Source: an uncultured bacterium
GTDB taxonomy: Bacteria > Zixibacteria > MSB-5A5 > CAIYYT01
NCBI GenBank assembly: GCA_963726455.1
Contig: CAVSCK010000004.1
Span: forward strand, 160,001 to 224,000
DNA: 64,000 nt
Direction of reading: 5' to 3'
This document shows, in pieces, positions 56,016-64,000 of this stretch (position 1 is its first letter; every line of letters starts with the position of its first letter). The translations under genes were made by a program, and so were the position numbers. Under the pieces are notes generated by a model. That model had not been told where the DNA came from and did not search any database. It saw only the letters and a list, made by a program, of their open reading frames with translations.

Positions 56016-56648
56016 ACGAATCTACAGCAAATCCTGATCGGGCTGCCGATACTGTTGTTTTCGCTGACGGTGCATGAATTCGCACACGCCTGGGCAGCGA
56101 ATCGTCTGGGCGACCCGACGGCGAAGTATATGGGGCGGCTGACGTTGAATCCGATCGCGCATCTCGACCTGATGGGATTGTTGATGATGGTGGCATCGGG
56201 ATTTCGCTTTGGTTGGGCCAAACCGGTTCCGATCAATCCGGCAAACTTCCGGGACTGGCGGCGCGGGACATTTCTGGTCAGCATCGCCGGCCCAGTGTCG
56301 AATTTACTGCTGGCCGCGGCGACCTCGGTGTTGTTTCATGCTGTTGCCTACACGCCGTTGCAGCCGGCGGACGCAACTTTGCTGGGTCAATTCCTCTATT
56401 CAATGATCTTCATCAATTGTGCGCTGGCATTTTTCAATTTGATTCCGCTGCCGCCACTGGATGGATCGAAATTGTTGATTTCGCTCTTGCCGCCGGAAAT
56501 GGAATCTCTAGCAAATGGCCTGGAAAGGTACGGACCGATGATTCTGTTGGGAATCATCTTCATAGGGTTCGTCATGCCGGTATCGCCGATCTGGGTCGTG
56601 ATAGGGCCGTTCGTACAGCTTGCCGTTTCAATTTTCACTGGAATATAA
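56016..56648 (+). CDS. Site-2 protease (M50) family; apparent ACG start at 56016 (first TTG at 56055)
   Basis: HEFAH, LTLNP..HLD, GWAKPVP, AGP, FNLIPLPPLDG. Confidence 0.88.
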   Translation, partial: TNLQQILIGLPILLFSLTVHEFAHAWAANRLGDPTAKYMGRLTLNPIAHLDLMGLLMMVASGFRFGWAKPVPINPANFRDWRRGTFLVSIAGPVSNLLLAAATSVLFHAVAYTPLQPADATLLGQFLYSMIFINCALAFFNLIPLPPLDGSKLLISLLPPEMESLANGLERYGPMILLGIIFIGFVMPVSPIWVVIGPFVQLAVSIFTGI

Positions 56649-56649
56649 G

Positions 56650-57438
56650 ATGAGAAGTTCCGCCGCGATAAGCCGCCTCGGAAGGTGGAACACCGCCAGA
56701 GCCGTTTTCGTGATCGTCGGCATTGCGCTCGCAGGTATTGTGTTCGATGGATGCGCGGCGAGATCCTCGATGGCCGGTGGGAGTGGGAGCTTGGATTCAC
56801 TTTCGATAGCGTCGCTGCTGCAGTACACGGAATTGACATCTTACGCCACGCTGTTGCATATAAAGATGTCGCGCGAGGGGAGAGTTGACGATTTCCGAGC
56901 GGAAGTATTCAGCAGCGGGGATTCGCTCCTCTCAGTGTATGTCCGCGGTTTTTTGGGAAAGTCGGCGTTCAAGGCGGTACTCAACAATGATTCGCTACTG
57001 GTGTATTTCCCATCTGAAAAGAAATACTTCTCCGGATTGCGCGCAGACATTGACACGGGCGGATTGAGCAACACGCGCCACATAGTCGAATATTTGCTTG
57101 ATGTGTTGCATGGTATCATTCGTTTCCCCTACACTGAGAACTGGAACAGTGAGATCAGGGTACGAGGACAACGAAACGTCCTTTACATGGATGACAAGGC
57201 CGGCCGGTGTCGATTGCGCCTGGTGTTCAACCAAAACAGCTACAAATTTCCTTACCAGCAGTTGGAATCACTGGAATTGACAACGGCAGATGAGCACGCG
57301 AGAATTATTGCCAGCGCGCGGAGTTCCAGTTACAACCGCGACCTACCGGCGGAGAAATTTCAGTTAGAAGTGCCACCTACCGCCACACTGCTAACCAAGA
57401 ACGAATTGGTCGAAATGCTGACCGGCGAGTCGCCGTGA
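56650..57438 (+). CDS. Putative lipoprotein (DUF4292/LolA-LolB-like fold)
   Basis: Signal with FDGC lipobox-like motif; DSLLVYFPSEKKYF; F.LEVP C-terminal motif. Confidence 0.6.
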   Translation: MRSSAAISRLGRWNTARAVFVIVGIALAGIVFDGCAARSSMAGGSGSLDSLSIASLLQYTELTSYATLLHIKMSREGRVDDFRAEVFSSGDSLLSVYVRGFLGKSAFKAVLNNDSLLVYFPSEKKYFSGLRADIDTGGLSNTRHIVEYLLDVLHGIIRFPYTENWNSEIRVRGQRNVLYMDDKAGRCRLRLVFNQNSYKFPYQQLESLELTTADEHARIIASARSSSYNRDLPAEKFQLEVPPTATLLTKNELVEMLTGESP

Positions 57439-57444
57439 AGCCGT

Positions 57445-57473
57445 TTGACAATATACTTCTAATATCATAGTTT
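57445..57473 (+). promoter_or_regulatory. Putative sigma70 promoter of LPS cluster
   Basis: TTGACA-N17-TAGTTT. Confidence 0.6.
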
Positions 57474-57508
57474 TCGTTCAGGATTGGGGAGACATTGAGA
57501 ACGCGAAG

Positions 57509-59401
57509 ATGATTGGCCGTTTGCTCACATATTTCAAGCCGTATCGGAAGCACCTGGCGCTATCGCTGGTGGCGGTCGTGCTGTTGGCGGCGACATCGGC
57601 GCTGTTGGTTTATCTGGCGACGTCGCTGTTTACTTCCATTTTTGGAAATGCGTCTCCGATAATGGGACAGATGACACCTCCAGTCGGAGCCGAGAGTGGC
57701 GGACTGCTGACCGAATGGCGCACGAGTGCAGAGTCAATTGTGAGAAACTTGCTCTTTACCGGCGAACGGGTCCACGACTTGGGAATCCTCTGCATAGCGA
57801 TCTTGATCGTTACCCTGTTGAAGAATCTGTTCTTCTACCTGCAGGGGTTTTTCGCTGCCTACGTGGAACAGGGAATTACCAAGACACTGCGCGATGAGAT
57901 CTTCCATCGCCTGCAGGGATTGTCATTGCAATTCTATCAAAGGCGGCGCACCGGTCATATCATCTCAGTGACGATCAATGATGTCGCAAAGATTCAGGAG
58001 ACATTCAACAACGTCCTGAACAATCTGATCAGGGATCCACTAATGATCCTGATTTATGTCGTCTGGATGCTGGTCATCAGTTGGCAATTGACCTTGATTG
58101 CGCTGGTGGTGTTTCCACTGATTCTGTTGGCGATCTACCAGGTCGGCAAGTTGATTCGCAGATACAGCACCCGGGCGCAGGAGGCGATTGCTGATGTGTC
58201 CTCCAATCTTGAGGAGACGATCAACAACGTGCGAATCGTGCGGGCGTACGCGGCCGAAGGACGTGAACAGAAGCGATTCGTGGAACGCACTGCCCGTTAT
58301 TTCGGAATGATGCTTAAGATCAATCGCGTGCGGCTGGTTTCGAGTCCGATTAACGAGATACTGGGTGTGGGAGCGATGGTGATAATTCTTTGGTGGGGCG
58401 GACAGCAGGTGCTCCACAACCGGCTGTTGTCGGCAAACGATTTCAATCTGTTCATTTTTCTGATGTTCTTCATCATTGCTCCGGCGAAGTCAGTATCGAA
58501 CATCCACGTGCGAATTAATGAAGGACTGGCAGCGTCAAGACGAATTTTCGATTTGCTGGACACGGCGCCGACGCCGGTGGAAGTGGCACAACCGAAAGAG
58601 TTGACGAGTTTCAAGAAGGATATCGTCTTCGAAAATGTCTCGTTCAAGTATGACACCGGCGATATCGTACTGAACGATGTCAATTTCAGCGTGACGAAAG
58701 GTCAAATTGTGGCGATCGTCGGGCCATCAGGTTCAGGCAAATCGACGCTGATTGACCTGGTTTGCCGTTTCCATGATCCGCTGAGTGGATCAATCAAAAT
58801 TGATGGCGTTGATTTGCGCGAGGTCACATTCAACTCGCTCAGGAGATTGCTGGGCGTAGTCACGCAGGAAACGATTCTCTTCAACGATACGGTGGCGAAC
58901 AACATCGCCTATCCGGCGGTCACCGTAGATGCGGGCCGCGTACGACAGGCGGCAGAGGCAGCGAACGCGCATCAGTTTATCAGCGGCTTGCCGAAGGGAT
59001 ATGATACCGTTATCGGCAATCGCGGGATGATGGTGTCGGGAGGTGAACGGCAGCGATTGGCGATTGCCCGGGCGTTGATGAAGGATCCGCAGATACTGAT
59101 TTTTGATGAAGCAACATCGTCACTAGACACCGAGTCTGAGCGCCTGGTGCAAGAGGCGATAGATCATCTAATGGTGGGGCGCACGAGCATTGTCATTGCG
59201 CACCGATTATCGACGATTTTGCGCGCCGATCAGATTCTGGTATTGAAGGCGGGGCAGATCGTTGAGCGCGGGCGGCATGAGGAATTGTTGCGGCTCAACG
59301 GGGTCTACCGACGATTATACGATCTGCAATTTGAAAGGAATAATGCTGTCACGGCTGGAACGGAAAGCGCCGCGGCTGGAACGAACCCTGAAGGAGTTTG
59401 A
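57509..59401 (+). CDS. msbA: MsbA-like ABC exporter (TMD+NBD)
   Basis: GPSGSGKST, VSGGERQR, FDEATSSLD, IAHRLST; adjacent to LPS glycosyltransferases. Confidence 0.8.
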   Translation: MIGRLLTYFKPYRKHLALSLVAVVLLAATSALLVYLATSLFTSIFGNASPIMGQMTPPVGAESGGLLTEWRTSAESIVRNLLFTGERVHDLGILCIAILIVTLLKNLFFYLQGFFAAYVEQGITKTLRDEIFHRLQGLSLQFYQRRRTGHIISVTINDVAKIQETFNNVLNNLIRDPLMILIYVVWMLVISWQLTLIALVVFPLILLAIYQVGKLIRRYSTRAQEAIADVSSNLEETINNVRIVRAYAAEGREQKRFVERTARYFGMMLKINRVRLVSSPINEILGVGAMVIILWWGGQQVLHNRLLSANDFNLFIFLMFFIIAPAKSVSNIHVRINEGLAASRRIFDLLDTAPTPVEVAQPKELTSFKKDIVFENVSFKYDTGDIVLNDVNFSVTKGQIVAIVGPSGSGKSTLIDLVCRFHDPLSGSIKIDGVDLREVTFNSLRRLLGVVTQETILFNDTVANNIAYPAVTVDAGRVRQAAEAANAHQFISGLPKGYDTVIGNRGMMVSGGERQRLAIARALMKDPQILIFDEATSSLDTESERLVQEAIDHLMVGRTSIVIAHRLSTILRADQILVLKAGQIVERGRHEELLRLNGVYRRLYDLQFERNNAVTAGTESAAAGTNPEGV

Positions 59402-60515
59402 GTTTCAGCTCAAGTGGCTGGCGATCTGGTTGTTCTTGTGTGCCTTCCGCAAGGGGAGCATGCGCAAGCAACCAGGAATCGACATGCGGGCAATTCGCCG
59501 GGTGCTGTTCTTGCGGCACGACAAAATCGGTGACATGGTGCTGACCCTATCGGCGTTTCATACGTTAAAGCACTTCTATCCTGCAATTGAAATCGGCGTG
59601 TTGGCTTCGAGGGCAAACGCGAAGATCGTGGAAAATGACCCGAGCGTAAGTTACGTTCATATTCATGAAAAGAGCGTGCGCGGGTTGTGGAACACGTTCA
59701 AGACGCTGCGGACGCAGAAATACGATATTGTGATTGACCTGATGAAAGGCGCGTCGGTGACATCGTTGATTCTGGCGATGGCGGCAGCGCCGGGAAGTTA
59801 TCGTATCGGTGTCGACAAAGAGGCGTTCGCGCGCTACTATGATTACTTCTCGCAAGTATGGCGCAATGACGAACTGAAGCTGCATATCACGGAGATTTTC
59901 AGAGCTACTTTGGCGCCGATGGGGATTCCGCTCGATGATGGTGTGTTGCATGGCGGGGTAAAGTTGAGTGCGGCAGAACTACATAAAGGCAAGAAGATCG
60001 CAGAGGCAATCAGAGATGGACGGTACAGCACTTGCGTGTTCCTGAATGCGTCGGCAGGCAAACTTGATCGGACATGGGCGGACGAAAAATTCATTCGCTT
60101 TGCCGGTTTGGTATCGCGGACGTATCCGGAAGTCAAGTTCGTAATATCGTACGCGCCGGAGGATATCAAGTTGGCGCGCAATGCCGCGGCTGCGGGGAAT
60201 GAAAATGTTTCGCTGATTCCGGACGGCCTCTCGATAATTGACATTATAGCGCTGCTGCCACACATGGATTTGGTCATATCGGTTGATACCTCGATCTGCC
60301 ATATCGCGGCGGAAATGGATGTGCCGTTGATCGCACTGTATTCGGGAGACGAGGCCAATTTCTCACGCTGGCGTCCGTTTGGCGAACGCGTCTGGGCGGT
60401 CAGGTCCCCTGATCCGAAGGCCGTCGATGGAATCACTGTGGAGCAACTAGCGGCCGCAACGGAACGAGTCCTGCACGAGCAATTCGAGATTTCGCCCGCA
60501 CGCGTGGGAGTGTAG
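59343..60515 (+). CDS. Glycosyltransferase family 9 (heptosyltransferase-like)
   Basis: RHDKIGDMVL, SVDTSICHIAA; start uncertain. Confidence 0.87.
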   Translation: MLSRLERKAPRLERTLKEFEFQLKWLAIWLFLCAFRKGSMRKQPGIDMRAIRRVLFLRHDKIGDMVLTLSAFHTLKHFYPAIEIGVLASRANAKIVENDPSVSYVHIHEKSVRGLWNTFKTLRTQKYDIVIDLMKGASVTSLILAMAAAPGSYRIGVDKEAFARYYDYFSQVWRNDELKLHITEIFRATLAPMGIPLDDGVLHGGVKLSAAELHKGKKIAEAIRDGRYSTCVFLNASAGKLDRTWADEKFIRFAGLVSRTYPEVKFVISYAPEDIKLARNAAAAGNENVSLIPDGLSIIDIIALLPHMDLVISVDTSICHIAAEMDVPLIALYSGDEANFSRWRPFGERVWAVRSPDPKAVDGITVEQLAAATERVLHEQFEISPARVGV

Positions 60516-61259
60516 ATGGCTACGCTCTCGGTCATTGTCATAACCAACAACGAAGAAAAGAACCTGCGCCGGCTGCTGGAGTCAGTCAAATTCGCCGACG
60601 AAATCGTCATCAACGATTCCGGATCGACGGATGCGACTCTGGAAATTGCGAAGTCATACGGCTGCAAGATTATCCGCTCCGAGTTTGCCGGTTTCGGCGC
60701 GGCCAAACAGGCGGCGTTGAATGCGGCAACATCGGAGTGGGTGCTTTCGGTCGATGGCGATGAAGAGATCGAGGGCACGCTGGCCGATGCGATTGCGGTC
60801 GCTTTGAAGAACGGAGAGTGCGATGGATACCGGATCAGTCGCAAGTCGCAGTTCCTGGGCAGATGGATCCTGCATTCGGGCTGGTATCCTGATTACATCG
60901 TTCGTTTGTTCCGCCGCGAGAAAGGGCATTTTTCGAGTGACTGGGTGCACGAGAAAGCTATCGTCGACGGCAAAATCGGCACGCTGGACGGGCACATTTT
61001 GCATTACACCGATCCGACGATCGAACACTATTTGGACAAGCTGAATCGCTACACATCGCTCTCGGCGGACATGCTAAAGGGTGACAATAAACAATTCCGG
61101 GTAAGCAGTGTGATAGTCAAGCCGCCGGCGACGTTTATCAAGATGTATTTCCTCAAAGCCGGTTTTCGTGACGGCATTCAGGGGTTGCTGCTGGCGTTGC
61201 TGTCATCATTTCACGTGCTCTGCAAGTACGCAAAACTCTGGGAGCGGCAACAGCAATGA
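60516..61259 (+). CDS. Glycosyltransferase family 2 (LPS core beta-1,4-glucosyltransferase-like)
   Basis: NEEKN, DSGSTD, VDGDE, WYPD, VHE, GFRDG. Confidence 0.9.
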   Translation: MATLSVIVITNNEEKNLRRLLESVKFADEIVINDSGSTDATLEIAKSYGCKIIRSEFAGFGAAKQAALNAATSEWVLSVDGDEEIEGTLADAIAVALKNGECDGYRISRKSQFLGRWILHSGWYPDYIVRLFRREKGHFSSDWVHEKAIVDGKIGTLDGHILHYTDPTIEHYLDKLNRYTSLSADMLKGDNKQFRVSSVIVKPPATFIKMYFLKAGFRDGIQGLLLALLSSFHVLCKYAKLWERQQQ

Positions 61260-62275
61260 GCAGGATATTGTTGAGCCGCACGGACGCAATTGGCGATCTG
61301 ATATTGACACTGCCGGTGGCGCGGTCGATTGCGGAGAAGTATCCCGAGCATCATGTGACGATGTTGGTGTCGGACTACACGGAGCAGTTGCTGGCAGGAG
61401 AAGAATATGTCGATGGAATCATGACGATTCACGGTCGAGAGCCGGCGACGTACTACGACGTCAAGGAGCTGGGGCATTGGCTCAGAATGGCGGCGTTTGA
61501 CACGGTCGTCTTCTTCTATCCGCGATTCTCGCTGGCGGTAGCGGCTCGCAAGGGGCGCATTTCAGAACGTGTCGGAAGTGCCTATCGCCTGTACAGCTTC
61601 ATGTTCAATCGTCGCATCAAACAACACCGTAAGAATTCGGGCAAACATGAACTCGATCTGAATTACGATCTGGCTGAGGCGGTATTTCCGGGACTCGCGC
61701 GTCACGAACCGCAGCTGAGCGTTCTGGACGGAGAGACGACATCGGCAAGTGAGATATTGGCAAGCAAAGGAATTGAGGCCGGCGAAACGTACGTGATAGT
61801 GCATCCGTTTTCGCGCGGATCGGCGCCGAACTGGCGGATCGATAATTATCTGTCGTTAGTTGGACAGATGGTCGAATCCGGCGTAAAAGTAGTGGTTACT
61901 GGTTCGGCGATTGAGAGGCAATTATTTAAGGAGCCGCTGGAATCTCTGCCCAAGAATGTGGTCAATCTGGTTGGGGAGACAGAGCTGCGACACCTGAAAG
62001 GTTTGATTAAGAATGCGGCGATGGTCGTGACCTCAAGCACGGGACCGATTCATATTGCGACCGCTGTGGGTACGTTCGCGGTGGGCATTTATCCGCCGGA
62101 GTCAGCGCTGTCGCCGGTGCGTTGGGGACCTCGCGGGGGAGCCAGCAAGCTGTTTGTGCCGGATCCGGCGTCGGAGAAGCAGGGCACTACACAAGTTATG
62201 GACGCAATCAAAGTCGAGACGGTGCTGACTTTCATTTTGGCGAAACTTCATGCCGATATTAGATTAAGAAAGTAA
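61256..62275 (+). CDS. Glycosyltransferase family 9 (heptosyltransferase-like)
   Basis: RTDAIGDLIL, HP, STGPIHIA, RWGP. Confidence 0.9.
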   Translation: MSRILLSRTDAIGDLILTLPVARSIAEKYPEHHVTMLVSDYTEQLLAGEEYVDGIMTIHGREPATYYDVKELGHWLRMAAFDTVVFFYPRFSLAVAARKGRISERVGSAYRLYSFMFNRRIKQHRKNSGKHELDLNYDLAEAVFPGLARHEPQLSVLDGETTSASEILASKGIEAGETYVIVHPFSRGSAPNWRIDNYLSLVGQMVESGVKVVVTGSAIERQLFKEPLESLPKNVVNLVGETELRHLKGLIKNAAMVVTSSTGPIHIATAVGTFAVGIYPPESALSPVRWGPRGGASKLFVPDPASEKQGTTQVMDAIKVETVLTFILAKLHADIRLRK

Positions 62276-62351
62276 CGGGAAGAAACGGAGCCGAGACGTG
62301 TATCCGCGTGTGTACGACGAACTGACGCGATATCATTTGCCGCCGGGAGAG

Positions 62352-64000
62352 ATGAACCTGGCGGAATTCATCATCCAGATCGAAGCGATGAACGCCAATA
62401 TTGCGATACCGGTCGTTCGCAAGGCATTCGAGTTTTCCAATTGGGCTCATAAAGGGCAGAAGCGAAAATCGGGGGAACCATACGTCGAACATGCGCTGAA
62501 CGTGGCATTCATTCTGGCGGAGCAGCATCTCGACGGCGCCACAGTTGCCGCGGGGTTGCTGCATGATGTGGTGGAGGATTGCCAGGTGAAGATCGACGAT
62601 CTGTCGAAAGAGTTTTCTCCGGAGATTGCGCAGCTTGTTGACGGTGTCACTAAGCTTGGTGTCTATAAGTTCAAGAGCAAGGAAGAAGATCAGGCGGATT
62701 ATTTCCGCAAGATGCTGATTTCGATGTCGCGCGACATTCGGGTAATCATGATCAAACTCGCCGACCGGCTGCATAACATGCGGACGCTCGAATATCTCGA
62801 AAAAGACCGTCAGGTGGAGATCGCCACCGAGACGCGGGAAATCTATGCACCGTTGGCGCACCGGTTTGGTATGGCGAAGATCAAATGGGAACTGGAAGAC
62901 CTGTCGCTGAAATATCTCAAGCCGGACGTTTATCGCTACTTGATGGAGCGGATCGACCTGACGCGGACGCAGCGCGAGGAATATATCCAGGAGATTGCGG
63001 CGTTCCTGACCAAGTCACTTCAGGCAGATGGGTTGGAAGTGGAAGTTACCGGCCGGGCGAAGCATTTCGATTCGATATATCGCAAGATGTTAAAGCGTGG
63101 GAAACCGTTCGAAGAGATTTACGACCTCATAGCGATGCGCGTAATTACGCGGTCGATCAAGGACTGCTACCATGCACTCGGCGTGATTCACAACCTCTGG
63201 ACGCCGGTGTCGGATAGATTCCACGACTACATCGCTACCCCAAAACAAAACATGTATCAGTCGCTGCATACCACGGTGGTGGGGCCGAACGGCAGGATGA
63301 TCGAGATACAGATACGGACGCAGGCGATGCATTATGTTGCCGAATTCGGTATCGCGGCGCACTGGCTGTACAAGGAGGGCAAGCATACACTGGAGGAATC
63401 AGACAGGCAATTGTCATGGTTGCGCGAGGTGCTCGACTGGCAGAAAGATATGACGAATCCCGCTGAGTTTATGGAATACCTCAAGATCGACCTGTTCCAG
63501 GAAGAAGTTTACATTTTCACGCCCGACGGAGAATTGAAGCATTTACCACAGGGGGCGACCGCGCTCGATTTTGCGTTCGCGGTGCACAGTGACGTGGGAA
63601 TCCATTGCAGCGGAACCAAGATCAACGGTCGGTTGGTACCGTTCGATACGCCGTTGCGGTCGGGAGATGAAGTCGCGGTGATGACTTCACCGCATTGCGA
63701 ACCGTCCAACGACTGGCTGAAAATCTGCAAGACGACATCGGCGCGCTCGAAGATCAGGAAATATCTCAAGCAACGGGGATTCGACGAGGCGTTGGCACTG
63801 GGCAAGGAGATATTCGAGCGCACGGTGAAAAAACGGACTTCCAAGGGTCCTTCCGATCAACAGGTATTGGATGCCGCGATGGCGCTTTCATTTACCTCAA
63901 TCGATCAGATGTTCGCGGCGCTGGGCGCTGGGAATCTGGCGATCAACACGATCATGACGAAACTATATCCTCCCGAATCAGAGGGGCCGGAGGAAAAGTC
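62352..64000 (+). CDS. rel: Bifunctional (p)ppGpp synthetase/hydrolase, truncated by window end (absent from ORF track)
   Basis: Manual translation: HKGQKRKSGEPYVEH, LLHDVVED, IKLADRLHNMRT, RAKHFDSIYRKM, YQSLHT, AEFGIAAHWLYK, TGS DFAFAVH. Confidence 0.95.
   Translation, partial: MNLAEFIIQIEAMNANIAIPVVRKAFEFSNWAHKGQKRKSGEPYVEHALNVAFILAEQHLDGATVAAGLLHDVVEDCQVKIDDLSKEFSPEIAQLVDGVTKLGVYKFKSKEEDQADYFRKMLISMSRDIRVIMIKLADRLHNMRTLEYLEKDRQVEIATETREIYAPLAHRFGMAKIKWELEDLSLKYLKPDVYRYLMERIDLTRTQREEYIQEIAAFLTKSLQADGLEVEVTGRAKHFDSIYRKMLKRGKPFEEIYDLIAMRVITRSIKDCYHALGVIHNLWTPVSDRFHDYIATPKQNMYQSLHTTVVGPNGRMIEIQIRTQAMHYVAEFGIAAHWLYKEGKHTLEESDRQLSWLREVLDWQKDMTNPAEFMEYLKIDLFQEEVYIFTPDGELKHLPQGATALDFAFAVHSDVGIHCSGTKINGRLVPFDTPLRSGDEVAVMTSPHCEPSNDWLKICKTTSARSKIRKYLKQRGFDEALALGKEIFERTVKKRTSKGPSDQQVLDAAMALSFTSIDQMFAALGAGNLAINTIMTKLYPPESEGPEEK

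Overview
64-kb chromosomal window from a diderm (LPS-making) bacterium. Four secreted proteins end in a 'GDAxxxGxIxIxDxVYLIxYIFxxGxxP' dockerin, which together with the gene content suggests candidate division Zixibacteria (FCB group; inference). Core content: PLP aminotransferase, an FMN-riboswitch-controlled ribD(frameshifted)-ribE-ribBA-ribH-nusB operon, a DUF2723/GT4/flippase-like cluster, surE, a K+-independent H+-PPase, a fimT/gspH-pilMNO(P)Q type IV pilus locus, acyl-CoA ligase, three small OM beta-barrels, an EF-G2, rocD, gdhA, an msbA/LPS-core cluster and a rel gene truncated by the window end. I found no tRNA, rRNA, CRISPR array, transposase or integrase. Most notable: (1) three ~153-bp REPIN-like direct repeats that bracket single accessory genes like cassettes; (2) a dispersed hairpin family with covarying stems and an invariant ACA/CAG internal loop, within dense clusters of GTAG/GTTG-footed palindromes; (3) a non-cellulosomal cohesin-dockerin surface system; (4) a pilus operon in which the AMIN domain sits on a long-linker PilP-like protein rather than on PilQ; (5) two single-base frameshifts and one apparent ACG start, any of which could be assembly errors. 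All calls come from reading the sequence by eye; no database searches were run.
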